A stretch of DNA of 64,000 nucleotides from Bacteroidales bacterium UBA6192 (GTDB taxonomy: Bacteria > Bacteroidota > Bacteroidia > Bacteroidales > F082). The notes below the pieces were generated by a model. It searched no databases. It saw only the letters and a list, made by a program, of their open reading frames with translations, and was not told where the DNA came from. Both the position numbers and the translations under genes were made by a program. Every line of letters starts with the position of its first letter. Position 1 is the stretch's first letter. The DNA lies in the NCBI GenBank assembly GCA_002422725.1, contig DITE01000007.1:10957-74956 (forward strand), read 5' to 3'. This document shows, one piece after another, positions 1 through 9,857 of the stretch.

Positions 1-351
1 TTTTTTTTGCACTTGCCCTCTCTCACTCACAAGTCTTATTGCTTCAGGAAGTTCTTCTGAAAGCCAGTGGTTGAATCCGGTCATCCCAATGGTTTTGGCA
101 ACAAAGGGCTGGGCATTGACTATCAGGAAACTTCCTTTTACCTGATGCAGTTCCTTGCTGATCCGGACCAGTGACCTGATTCCCGCCGAACTCAGAAAAG
201 CCATATCTCGGGCATCGATGATGAGTTGATGGTGGCCGCTGCGGATATGATCGAGCAGGGTGTCGGCGAAATAATCAGACCAGGACGCGTCAAGCCTGCC
301 ATCAACTTTAATAATTAAATAATCGCCAATATTTTCATCTGTCAGTTGCAT
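1..351 (-). CDS. STAS-domain protein (SpoIIAA/RsbV-like anti-sigma-factor antagonist), partial, open to the window edge
   Basis: Hand translation from the ATG at 349-351 (minus) gives MQLTDENIGDYLIIKVDGRLDASWSDYFADTLLDHIRSGHHQLIIDARDMAFLSSAGIRSLVRISKELHQVKGSFLIVNAQPFVAKTIGMTGFNHWL... with no stop before position 1, which is why it is absent from the ORF track. The 'DxxxxxFLSSAGIRSLV' context is STAS-like. It starts 2 nt after the stop of the upstream gene. Confidence 0.7.
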   Translation of the reverse strand, partial: MQLTDENIGDYLIIKVDGRLDASWSDYFADTLLDHIRSGHHQLIIDARDMAFLSSAGIRSLVRISKELHQVKGSFLIVNAQPFVAKTIGMTGFNHWLSEELPEAIRLVSERGQVQKK

Positions 352-353
352 AA

Positions 354-3260
354 TTACTTTTGCTTTTCGTTGGTAAAAACAATGGCTTTTTTCAGAAAAT
401 CCTCCGTAAACAATAGATTGTGTTTTTTTGACAGTTCCGGGTTATAGATCAGTTTTTCTGACTGGGTATTACTAAATGGTATATTAGCCGGGTTTTCGCC
501 CCGAAGCACACGCACAGCTTTTTCGGCCGCTTCGAGTCCGGCATCATAGTAATCCCTCGCCAAACAAACTACTCCTCCTTCGCGCATCTGATCGCTGTCG
601 AAAACATAAACAGGCAGGTTGCTTTCAGCAGCTTTTCGTGCAATAAGTGCAAATCCAGGCCGGGTCATGTTGTCTACTATCTGACAAACCAACTGGATAT
701 CCTGACGGCAAAGCTCAGAAGTTGCCTGGGTGAGATCGGCACTGGAAGTTACCGGAATACTTACCAATCCTATTCCAAGCTTTTCAAGCTCCTGCTTAAA
801 CCAGTCTCTATACAGGACACTGTTGATTTCGGCCGGTGTAAACAATGTACCAACCTTTTTAACCTGGGGAATTGTTTCTTTAATCAGCTTTGCCATTCCA
901 TCAAAAGGCGATCGTGTGGTAATCCCGGTTACATTGGGCAAATGATCTGTTTCGCTCTTGCCGGCTCCTGCCTTAACAGCATCGCCAACACCTGTGAACA
1001 CTATTTTGGTATCCTCACCAGCTTGTCGAAGAGCCGCCTGTAAACTTGGAGTTGAAATAACCATCAGTAAATCAACCCTGTCCGATTTTACTGTTGTCAT
1101 AATGCTCGACAAGGTTGTCATATCGCCCTGGGCATTGAAAACCCTCAAATCATAATCTGTTCCCTCAGTAAGTCCGGCTTTTTTAATTCCATCTATTAAG
1201 CCTTCGTGGCACCGCTCGGCAAACTCAGTATCGCTATAATGAACTATCCTGAGTTTATGTCGTTTCTTCACCGGGCTGAAAGCATTTGATTTCGGCTCAA
1301 TGCGTTGCTGAACTTCAGTTTCCGTAATAGGTAATTGCGAAGGATGTACACCGGCAATAATTTTTGCAGCCAACTTTCCCGATTGTTTGCCCCATTCAAA
1401 AAAACTATCGCCATAAGCACCTGTAGCTCCCTGAGCAACAAGTTGAGGTTCGGTTGCAAAAATCGGAATGTTGGCTGAACTGGCAACCCTTAGGATTGAT
1501 TTGAAGCCTGTTGTAACCAGATTGTCGGCCGACACAATGATGGCTTTTGCACCTCTCTGAATAATGGCCTGAGTTGCCATCGTCAGTTCGGTGACATTGG
1601 TTGCTGTAGCCTCGATTACCTTAATGTTTTTGTATTTTCCGGCGATACGTAGTTTTTCGACAGAAAGAACAGAATTCATCTGAGCAGCATCGTAAACAAT
1701 ACCTACCGCTTTAAGGTCCGGAATATAATCCATTGCCATCTGAAGCAAATCAGCCACTGGTGGATTATCGTGAACACCGCAAACGTTTGACGGGCGGCCA
1801 TGGTTAAACATTTTCAGTTTCACCGGATCGCTGGTTACGGTAAGCACGACAGGTATATCGGTAACCCTGTTTACGACTGCCATCATCACAGGTGTAGTCA
1901 CCGTTACGATTACATCGGGTTTTTCGCGCACAACAGCATCAATAATAGACGATAACTGTCCGATTTCGCCCTGAGCACTGAATTTTTTCATTATATAGTC
2001 CGTGCCTGGCTGCAGGCCACTCCATTGCAGTCCGCTTTCGACTCCCTCAGCGGCTTCTTCAAGTGAGCTGTTCTCGACAAGTGTGATCAGGGACACTTTT
2101 GCAACACCTCCTTTGTAAAGCGCAACATGATGAAATAAATCTGCTTCCCGGATCATTGCTTCTGTTGGCTCAATTCCTTGTTGTTTAAGTTCAGCAAAGT
2201 CAATCGCAACACGATCAACCTCAGTCACTGATTGTTGATCAGCCAACCGGGCCTCAGTAAGCGGGCTCATTTTCCAGCTATTTCCGAGTGACGCCAACAA
2301 TGGCCTGTTCAGGTTCAGTTCTTCGGGGACAACATTTTCGATACGGAATTCGGATGGGCTTTTCCCTTCGAGGATAGCAATAGCGAGATCGGCTGTGTAT
2401 TGTCCAACGGTGAAATAGTTTGCTCCAAGGCCAAAAAGAGCTTCCCTTTCAACATCAGCAGGATCGTTAGTAAAAACCGGTACACCTTTGCTTTTTGCCA
2501 TATTGACGATCATTCCGGATGATGCCGTAGCCACGGTGTCGCCTCCGATCCATATGGCTTCGACCCCTTTGGAAAGCAAGGACCGTGTAGCCTCCGACAC
2601 TTCAGAAGTGTTGGTTGCGATTGCCTCGACCAGCTCTATTCCAAGTTCTTTGCAAATGATGCGGGCTTCGCCCAGGCAAGCTTCGGAGCATTGTTCGCCG
2701 GGATTCCACACAACGCCCACCCTTTTGATTGACGGGTTGAGTTCACGTAGTATTCTGAATGCATTCTGAACGGGCTGAAAAGTACCGATACCAGCCATAT
2801 ACGAAGGGTGCTGGTTCTTATCGGGGCCACTGATGCCTGCCCCGGTTCCGTAAGGATCGGTAACTGCCCCAAAAACATGTAGTTTTCCTGCACTTTGATT
2901 GGCTTTGGAAAAAACCTGCAATGCCACAGTACTCGACGTAATGGCCATTTTATACGGTCCGTTGACAATTTCACGGGCAATGGTGTTTGCCGTACTGAAA
3001 TCGCCTTGTGGATTAAATTGCCGAATGTTGGATCGGTCGGGTGCCACATAATTTTTTGACTGTAAACGGTCTATCACCCCGGCAACATGTGCATCCAGAA
3101 GGGGTGTAGACGAAATCTGCATAATGGCTATTGAAGGATAATCACGCTTTGTTTCTGTTTGCTTGCTTTGTCGCTGTTTCAAATCAGAAAGCAACAATAT
3201 CGCTGAAGTACCGAGTATAAGAACAATTGCCAGCCACAGGTCTTTGATGATGCTCTTCAT
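354..3260 (-). CDS. Membrane-anchored protein with three tandem ABC-transporter substrate-binding-like domains (ABC_sub_bind type)
   Basis: 968-aa ORF. It has one N-terminal hydrophobic helix (LWLAIVLILGTSAILLL) followed by three similar ~290-aa modules, starting near residues 40, 380 and 665. Each module has the same layout: beta-strand run, 'NAQGD/SAQGE/NPQGD', then '...KRVGVVWNP / KAVGIVYD / KKVGTLFTP'. There is no permease or ATPase gene nearby. Confidence 0.6.
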   Translation of the reverse strand: MKSIIKDLWLAIVLILGTSAILLLSDLKQRQSKQTETKRDYPSIAIMQISSTPLLDAHVAGVIDRLQSKNYVAPDRSNIRQFNPQGDFSTANTIAREIVNGPYKMAITSSTVALQVFSKANQSAGKLHVFGAVTDPYGTGAGISGPDKNQHPSYMAGIGTFQPVQNAFRILRELNPSIKRVGVVWNPGEQCSEACLGEARIICKELGIELVEAIATNTSEVSEATRSLLSKGVEAIWIGGDTVATASSGMIVNMAKSKGVPVFTNDPADVEREALFGLGANYFTVGQYTADLAIAILEGKSPSEFRIENVVPEELNLNRPLLASLGNSWKMSPLTEARLADQQSVTEVDRVAIDFAELKQQGIEPTEAMIREADLFHHVALYKGGVAKVSLITLVENSSLEEAAEGVESGLQWSGLQPGTDYIMKKFSAQGEIGQLSSIIDAVVREKPDVIVTVTTPVMMAVVNRVTDIPVVLTVTSDPVKLKMFNHGRPSNVCGVHDNPPVADLLQMAMDYIPDLKAVGIVYDAAQMNSVLSVEKLRIAGKYKNIKVIEATATNVTELTMATQAIIQRGAKAIIVSADNLVTTGFKSILRVASSANIPIFATEPQLVAQGATGAYGDSFFEWGKQSGKLAAKIIAGVHPSQLPITETEVQQRIEPKSNAFSPVKKRHKLRIVHYSDTEFAERCHEGLIDGIKKAGLTEGTDYDLRVFNAQGDMTTLSSIMTTVKSDRVDLLMVISTPSLQAALRQAGEDTKIVFTGVGDAVKAGAGKSETDHLPNVTGITTRSPFDGMAKLIKETIPQVKKVGTLFTPAEINSVLYRDWFKQELEKLGIGLVSIPVTSSADLTQATSELCRQDIQLVCQIVDNMTRPGFALIARKAAESNLPVYVFDSDQMREGGVVCLARDYYDAGLEAAEKAVRVLRGENPANIPFSNTQSEKLIYNPELSKKHNLLFTEDFLKKAIVFTNEKQK

Positions 3261-3326
3261 ACTGCTTTGTTTTATAAGGATTGACTGTTTGATATTTTTT
3301 ATTCCCTGAAAACCAATGGGAAAACA

Positions 3327-3755
3327 CTATCCCTCCAAAGATTTAGTTAATTCCAACACATTCAAATTGTTGATTCGATGATAGTTCACACCATCCATCA
3401 TTTTTCTCATGAAAAAAATGCCTAGTCCTCCAATTGACCTGTCCTCAGCAGTCAGGGTAACATCGGGATCATCCTGCAAGGTTGGATCAAACTCTTTCCC
3501 ATCATCGATGATCTTAATGATCAGATGACCTCCTGCTTTTTCGAGGGTGATTTCAATCTGATGAACAAGTGAATCGTCGTAAGCGTAATTCACCACATTC
3601 GTAAAAGCCTCTTCAATCACGAGGTTCAGCGTCATGGTGACTGCAAGGGGTATTTCCAGCTCATCGCCCATTTCCTCAAGAAAAAGGCTTATTTTTTCCA
3701 ATTCCTCCAGTTTGTTTTGTAGCCTGAGTGATTTGATATTTTTGTTTTTATCCAT
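3327..3755 (-). CDS. RsbW/SpoIIAB-like anti-sigma regulatory factor (Ser/Thr kinase, HATPase_c_2 type)
   Basis: 142 aa. N-box-like 'EEAFTNVVNYAY', 'IIDDGKEFDP' and 'GGLGIFFMRKMMDGVNY' match the small GHKL anti-sigma kinase layout. Confidence 0.7.
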   Translation of the reverse strand: MDKNKNIKSLRLQNKLEELEKISLFLEEMGDELEIPLAVTMTLNLVIEEAFTNVVNYAYDDSLVHQIEITLEKAGGHLIIKIIDDGKEFDPTLQDDPDVTLTAEDRSIGGLGIFFMRKMMDGVNYHRINNLNVLELTKSLEG

Positions 3756-3844
3756 CGTTTCAGATTGTTTTCATGAGAAAAATTGAAAATTGTTTCGTTT
3801 TATCTATCTTCAATATTGATATTAACGTCTAAAATTAAGAAATT

Positions 3845-6793
3845 TTAATTTCCTAACAACTTCACCGAAAACATCCATTGTTCCAGAGGGAGAACACTCT
3901 CTTCAAATTTACGCGCATAGCCTGCTGACCAGGTAGTTTTCAGGTATGAAAACAATACCAGTTCCAGGTCGACCTGCATACCGGCATTGAAAACATTTCG
4001 CCGGCTGATCTCATCATCCGGATTAAGCAAGGCATGGGTTCCAAACAAGGATGTTTTTATGTAAGTTGGATACAGCCAGGTAGTCCCGACATTGCGCAAG
4101 CGAATGGGTTTTAAGTTGAGTTCGCCCATGGTTTTGACAAAATTATAGGCTGACAGCGCATCGATGCCAACCCCCGGAAAAGCAAGGATCTTACGGTATT
4201 GATCCGCATGTTGCCAGTCGATATAGTTGTTTCTGAATCCCCCAAAATAGAATGAGGAAAATGAAGACCCTTTTTTGCCAAAGGATTGTCCTACACTGTT
4301 TCTTATCCAAAAACTCGTATTCCTGACAACAGGAACCAAAAATCCAATATGCTGCTCCGAAACCAACGAAGGATAAAGATTTCCATTAGCCAGATAGCTA
4401 TACGCAATCAGGTTCCACAAATATCCTTTTTCATCATCAACACCCCCCAGCGTACGCCTTAATTTTGTGACACCTATATCGGCCGACAAACTCTGAAAAT
4501 TCCTTATCGCTGTGGAAACATTTTGAAACTGAGGCAACACTTCCAGATCACCATAATGGGTTAAACTGAAACCGTAGTTTGTCTTTAACGGAGATTTGAG
4601 TGTAGATGATTTCTTGTAGCCTATGCCTACCGAATAGCCGGCTCTGCTTCGTTTGGTTGGCCCAAAAAGGTCGTAAAAATCGGTCTTGTTATAATTTGCC
4701 TGAAGATTCCATAACCAATAGTCCCATTGCAATTGTCCGTGAAATTTCTGCTTATCGGGAGAGGTACTCCAAGGTGAAGTCCCCAGGAATAAACTCAGAT
4801 TCGATATACCAACCCTGTCGCGCCAATTGAGCCGATAGCCGATCGCAATCGTTTCCTTGTATCCGGTAATATCGGGATAGGCTCCGGTGAGTGACATGTT
4901 TTTAATGGGCACATAGGCGGTTTCTTCGGTTTTTAGTGAATCAATATTCACTTTTGAGGCCGGAGGAAGCGAATAGTCGCCAATATGCGGACTTTTATCA
5001 TAAGCCAGGTTACCCAGGTAATTTATGGAATTGGCTTCGGTGATAACCTTCATGGGAATCACCCCGGGCCACATGCCATTTCGATAAAATTTGAGCACAA
5101 ACAAGGAGTCTTCACCAATTTGCTGTGGCATAAAAAGTCCGCTTTCGTCGTTAGAGAGCAATTCAAACGACTTATCTTCAAAGGAAAAACGCCAGATATT
5201 GGAAACCCCGGTATAGTATGAAATCCCCATCAGGAATCGGTCGTCTTGCGAAAAACGGAATTGTGTCAAGGTGTTGTCTTCTAACTTTATAAGCGTTTCA
5301 AATTCCTTGACGCCTATTTCCAGATCGGCCAGTTTAAAAAGAATAAGCGATTGTTCGCCACGTATACCTGTGAGGGAGGCTGTTAACTTAGTACCATCAT
5401 TGGAAATGGAAAGGTCGAGCATCGATCTGCCAAAATCGGTGGTATACATTGGAATGATTTCGGTGTAAGGTTCCGGAATCTTGACCAGCGTAGCATATCC
5501 ATTGTCATGTTTCACTCCCCAAATACTCCGGTCAACCGGGTTGAAGGTAAGATTGCCGGTGCGCGAAAGCGGAATGAGGGTTTCTTTCTTCCCGGATGAA
5601 ACATCAATTTTCACCAAACTCCGATATTTTCCATTCTGTTCGGTGATGAAAATTTGTTGATTGTGAGGATCATATGCAAGGTAAGTAACCGAATACAGCA
5701 TAGGGGAATCAAGTACGGCTATTTTTTTGAGTTTGCCCGTGCGGAGGTTCAGTTCAGCAATATGTGAAATCTGCCCCGGATGATTGATCGCGGCATACAT
5801 TTTCATCTCCTTTTTATCGAATCCGACGGTTGAAAAACTGCCAAGAGGTTCTGTAGTGAGTGGCCGGAACGATGTCAAAGGAAAATCCTTTACCTTATTG
5901 AGGTTTTGTTGTTGAAAATCTGTTTCAAAATTGATCCATTCGTCCCATGCATGCTGCACATTCTTGCCGAATACTTTCCGAAACTGGGCGGCATAAAAGG
6001 CTTTACTCCCATCGGTGCGATCATAAAGTTCCTTAATCTTCTCGTCTCCATAAGCCTGAGCCAGATAGGTTACAAAGCGTGTTCCATACAGGTAGGCATT
6101 TGCACCCACCTGAAAATCAACTGTCGATCCTTCTGTTTCCAACCCGACCACTGAATACAGCGGATAACCTTCGTTTATTATACTGCGGAAGTACATTTCG
6201 TCGTATGGACCCAATGCTCTTCCCAGTCCTCCCGACGTCCAGGTTTCGAGGTAGCAGGCAATGCCTTCGTGATACCAGCGCGGGGCATACCATCGCGGTG
6301 TGGTAAGATAGCTCCAGAAAGCGGTCGTAGGTACTTTTTCGTCCCGGGCAACTTTACCGAACAAGACTTTACGCCAAAACATATCTGATTTGTTGGGCTT
6401 GTCGGCCAGGGTAATATGGGTAAGCTCGTGGGCAAACAGCCATTGAAAACGTTCACTTGACGGAGTAATGCTAAAGGCAAAATTGAAGGGTGAAACGCCA
6501 AGAATAATCATGTTGTAAGGCATTACAATGGCTCCGCCATGACCATCGTCTTCAAAATCGGTGAGCATCACATACGTCATCTTGTGCGGATAATTCCAAT
6601 GTGCCTTATGGAAATCAAGGGCATTATGGAAGGTACGCGCCACATGAGGCATGAGATAGCTATATCGTTTCCCGAAATAGATCAGTTCCATCTCATCCGT
6701 TTTGAAACGGTTAATTTTTTGGCTAAAAAGAAAGCCTGATGTCCCTATATAAAGAAACACCAGGAATACAAAACGGGTGAAAATGTATGTCAT
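3845..6793 (-). CDS. Large envelope protein: N-terminal HExxH metallopeptidase-like domain, central beta-propeller-like region, C-terminal beta-rich (possible outer-membrane barrel) region
   Basis: 982 aa with an N-terminal signal/anchor. 'LFAHELTHITL' is a HExxH motif and 'WYHEGIACYLE' lies downstream. The middle region has TolB/WD40-like strand repeats. The C-terminal ~350 aa is rich in alternating aromatic/Gly strands and ends '...MFSVKLLGN'. Confidence 0.45.
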   Translation of the reverse strand: MTYIFTRFVFLVFLYIGTSGFLFSQKINRFKTDEMELIYFGKRYSYLMPHVARTFHNALDFHKAHWNYPHKMTYVMLTDFEDDGHGGAIVMPYNMIILGVSPFNFAFSITPSSERFQWLFAHELTHITLADKPNKSDMFWRKVLFGKVARDEKVPTTAFWSYLTTPRWYAPRWYHEGIACYLETWTSGGLGRALGPYDEMYFRSIINEGYPLYSVVGLETEGSTVDFQVGANAYLYGTRFVTYLAQAYGDEKIKELYDRTDGSKAFYAAQFRKVFGKNVQHAWDEWINFETDFQQQNLNKVKDFPLTSFRPLTTEPLGSFSTVGFDKKEMKMYAAINHPGQISHIAELNLRTGKLKKIAVLDSPMLYSVTYLAYDPHNQQIFITEQNGKYRSLVKIDVSSGKKETLIPLSRTGNLTFNPVDRSIWGVKHDNGYATLVKIPEPYTEIIPMYTTDFGRSMLDLSISNDGTKLTASLTGIRGEQSLILFKLADLEIGVKEFETLIKLEDNTLTQFRFSQDDRFLMGISYYTGVSNIWRFSFEDKSFELLSNDESGLFMPQQIGEDSLFVLKFYRNGMWPGVIPMKVITEANSINYLGNLAYDKSPHIGDYSLPPASKVNIDSLKTEETAYVPIKNMSLTGAYPDITGYKETIAIGYRLNWRDRVGISNLSLFLGTSPWSTSPDKQKFHGQLQWDYWLWNLQANYNKTDFYDLFGPTKRSRAGYSVGIGYKKSSTLKSPLKTNYGFSLTHYGDLEVLPQFQNVSTAIRNFQSLSADIGVTKLRRTLGGVDDEKGYLWNLIAYSYLANGNLYPSLVSEQHIGFLVPVVRNTSFWIRNSVGQSFGKKGSSFSSFYFGGFRNNYIDWQHADQYRKILAFPGVGIDALSAYNFVKTMGELNLKPIRLRNVGTTWLYPTYIKTSLFGTHALLNPDDEISRRNVFNAGMQVDLELVLFSYLKTTWSAGYARKFEESVLPLEQWMFSVKLLGN

Positions 6794-6900
6794 CTGCTAT
6801 GTTTTTTTACCAAGAATGCATAAAAGAAATTGTATGTTACTTTAATATTTCTTTACATAAAATTCTCAAGCGAATTCACCGGAAGGGTGTTGTCGCCTGC

Positions 6901-7920
6901 TCACCAACTTCGCAATTGCTCGCTATCGGTAAAGCCTGTTCTTAAATTCTCCATGTCACCAAAATAAAGACCTAGTCTGGCTTCATTCATAAAGTCATTT
7001 AACACTTCATGATCGCTAAGGTCTGGAATATTCAATATGGTTTCTGATCCACCCATGAACTCTGATAAAAGCCGACTATTGATTGCTTGCAGTCTTTCCA
7101 CATCCAAAAATATGACTGTATTTAGCCTTTCTGAATCAACAATTATTGGAAACTCAATTCCAAGTGTTACGGTCTCTAAGGAAAGCTGATCCCTGAAGGC
7201 TGATTTTAATTGCATTTCGGCAACCAATTCTTTCATTCCTTCTTGCTCGTTCTTGAGTTTCTTTTTGTCGAGATAACTCAATACGGGTTTGTTCTGGGAC
7301 AGAATTGCAGATTGCATGATGTTTAATGCCAGGATATCATGGGCATCTTCCAGTTCGGGATACTGAACGTCAGGGTTTGCCTCAGTGAAGGTAGCAATGG
7401 CATTCATATAACTCATGAGGATGTCATCGTGGTTGCGGATTCGGGCAATGGCATTCTGAGCCTGATTGAGATAGGTAATCACCGGAACATTTTCGTTACT
7501 GTCGAGTGAAACAACCAGGTTAAGGGCATACAACACGTCCTTTCGTGCTGTTTCGAGGTAAACCTTGAAACTGTTCAATGCATTGTAATATGGATGGTAA
7601 ATCTTATCAAACTCCTCCACTTTAATGGTTCTGCTAAGCACCATATCCACATCAGAGGCGTTTTTAATCGACAGGTAGTAATAATACAGCAGATACTTTT
7701 CATACTGAGCACGCTTCACGGTGTCTTCAACAAGTTCGTTTCGCAGCAATATGTCGTCCTCCGTGATTTTTACATTCCGGAAACGGTCAACTTTACCGAT
7801 TGATCCTGCCAGATCCTCATTGCTTGTTTTCGGAATATCAACAAATAGGGCAATAAGAACACCAATGATCAGGCTAAGTACTGCTAAGAGTACCGTCTGC
7901 AATACAGTGAATTTTTTCAT
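6901..7920 (-). CDS. Membrane-anchored protein of unknown function, paralog B
   Basis: 339 aa with an N-terminal TM helix. The first ~225 residues are near-identical to the 7977-8996 product. The C-terminal third diverges and carries SERL/VERLQ/MENLR/SEQLR motifs. Confidence 0.6.
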   Translation of the reverse strand: MKKFTVLQTVLLAVLSLIIGVLIALFVDIPKTSNEDLAGSIGKVDRFRNVKITEDDILLRNELVEDTVKRAQYEKYLLYYYYLSIKNASDVDMVLSRTIKVEEFDKIYHPYYNALNSFKVYLETARKDVLYALNLVVSLDSNENVPVITYLNQAQNAIARIRNHDDILMSYMNAIATFTEANPDVQYPELEDAHDILALNIMQSAILSQNKPVLSYLDKKKLKNEQEGMKELVAEMQLKSAFRDQLSLETVTLGIEFPIIVDSERLNTVIFLDVERLQAINSRLLSEFMGGSETILNIPDLSDHEVLNDFMNEARLGLYFGDMENLRTGFTDSEQLRSW

Positions 7921-7976
7921 TGTTTAAAGGGATAAGTTTAAAACTATATAAAGTTGTTCCTTAAAGTGAAGTGGAT

Positions 7977-8996
7977 CTACCTTAGATTCTCACTACTGTT
8001 AAAAAAAGAGCCAATTTGCTCCATGTCAGATACGAAAAAACCTAGTCCTTTGGTTTCGCTCATAAATGCCTGAAGTTGTTCCTGATTGCTAAGGTTCGAC
8101 ATGTTTTGCAAGGCTTCTGATCCCAAAAATGCAATTGAATTGAATTGCTCCATATTATTTAACACAAAACCCTGCAATTGCTCCATGTTGCGCACAATTA
8201 AACTTGCCCCCAGCAATTGTTCATTATTTACCAGGGCGAGTCTTTCAGCATCAAAGGCAAACTGATCCATCATCGCATCATTCAGATTATTTTCAGAAGC
8301 AAGCTGCTTGATTTCTTCCTTCCCGTTCATCAGTTTCTTCTTGTCCAGATAATTCAATACAGGTTTGTTCTGGGACAGAATGGCTGACTGCATGATGTTC
8401 AATGCCAGGATATCGTGGGCATCTTGCAGTGCAGGATATTGAACACCCGGGTTTGCCTCAATAAAGGTGGCAATGGCATCCATATAATTCATGAGGATGT
8501 CGTCGTGGTTGCGGATTCGGGCAATGGCATTCTGGGCCTGATTGAGATAGGCAATCACCGGAACATTTTCGTTGTCGTCAATTGAAAGAATCAGGTTAAG
8601 GGCAAATAAAATATCGGTACGGGCAGTCCCGAGATACACTTTGAAATTACTCAATGCATCATAATAGGGATGGTAAGATTTATCAAACTCCTCAACGGTA
8701 ATCGTTTTGCTCAGCACAAGTTCCACATCGGAAGTTGTTTTTAAGGACTGATAATAATAATACAGCAGATACTTCTCGTATTGAGCACGTTTGACGGTGT
8801 CATCCGCAAGTTCGTTGCGCAGCAGAATGTCGTCCTCGGTAATTTTAACATTCCGGAAACGGTCAACCTTACCAATTGTTCCGGCAAGATCTTCACCCGA
8901 AGGTGGCTCACTTTTGGTGGCAAAGCCAATGATAAATCCAACCACCAATGAGGCGAAGGCAATGATAATGATTTGGGTTAAGCTTACTTTTTTCAT
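7977..8996 (-). CDS. Membrane-anchored protein of unknown function, paralog A
   Basis: 339 aa and the same architecture as paralog B. The C-terminal third contains repeated NNEQL/NMEQL/NMEQF/NQEQL/DMEQI motifs. Confidence 0.6.
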   Translation of the reverse strand: MKKVSLTQIIIIAFASLVVGFIIGFATKSEPPSGEDLAGTIGKVDRFRNVKITEDDILLRNELADDTVKRAQYEKYLLYYYYQSLKTTSDVELVLSKTITVEEFDKSYHPYYDALSNFKVYLGTARTDILFALNLILSIDDNENVPVIAYLNQAQNAIARIRNHDDILMNYMDAIATFIEANPGVQYPALQDAHDILALNIMQSAILSQNKPVLNYLDKKKLMNGKEEIKQLASENNLNDAMMDQFAFDAERLALVNNEQLLGASLIVRNMEQLQGFVLNNMEQFNSIAFLGSEALQNMSNLSNQEQLQAFMSETKGLGFFVSDMEQIGSFFNSSENLR

Positions 8997-9070
8997 GTTT
9001 GAGAGTTTTATGGGTTTTACTTTGATTTAATTTCTTTCCTTTAATTATAGTTATGCAGACAAAAAGTTGG

Positions 9071-9829
9071 CTATTTTTCCAAAAAAAGTTGTTTCATTGT
9101 CAAAACTGATTGATTTTGTGATGCTTTTATATTTATAGCCTTTTGTTGATCCTGTTTCTTCTCGAGGACAATTTGAAAAGTGGTGATTCCCGATGCAGTA
9201 AAATAAACCGATCCGGGATCAAAACTACTTGAGCGCGCCCCATCGGCAGAAATATAGTCAGCGGTTTTCAGTAAAAAGTCTGATTCATCAAAAGTCACCT
9301 CCAGCAGCACCTCATTTTTAGCATCGATCATGAAATTCAGGTAGTTCAACTGGCCAATCTGATAAGGCACCATCGTGATCATTGCCTGGTTGTTAACATA
9401 TGATAAACCCTGCTTCGGGCTGGCAACCATGCTGCCCGAAAGCAATTCGGTGTTTGGTTTGGAGCTCTCCGCAAAAAAAATCCAGGAAAAGGTAAACCCT
9501 ATTAATATTCCAACAGTCATAATGAATGCAAAGCGCACAGGAGCCGGTCGGTAAAGGCCGCCGAAGGGGTTCTGTAAAGGAGATACTGTGCTGTTGCGCT
9601 GGCTTCCGTTAACAATTTTCTGCATTACTGAACCCGACACATCAATTGACTCTTGTGTCTGCAGCTGTGAATTCAGTTTGTTTTCGATGTCGAGCAAACG
9701 CAAAAATGCTTCGCGCTCTTTGTCGGAAGCATCGAGCATCTTGTTCAGTACTTCCTCCTCATCCGGAGTAATTAATCCGGCGATTTTTGCTCTCTTAAGC
9801 TTATTTAATTTTCTGTTTCTGAACCACAT
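9071..9829 (-). CDS. Putative single-pass anti-sigma factor (non-ZAS)
   Basis: 252 aa, 28 nt downstream of the ECF sigma gene. It has a short charged N-terminal region, one TM helix (FAFIMTVGILIGFTFSWIFF) and a ~125-aa extracytoplasmic domain. No HxxxCxxC motif is present. The call rests mainly on position and topology. Confidence 0.5.
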   Translation of the reverse strand: MWFRNRKLNKLKRAKIAGLITPDEEEVLNKMLDASDKEREAFLRLLDIENKLNSQLQTQESIDVSGSVMQKIVNGSQRNSTVSPLQNPFGGLYRPAPVRFAFIMTVGILIGFTFSWIFFAESSKPNTELLSGSMVASPKQGLSYVNNQAMITMVPYQIGQLNYLNFMIDAKNEVLLEVTFDESDFLLKTADYISADGARSSSFDPGSVYFTASGITTFQIVLEKKQDQQKAINIKASQNQSVLTMKQLFLEK

Positions 9830-9857
9830 GATACAAAATATTTATCTTTAAGGGCAA

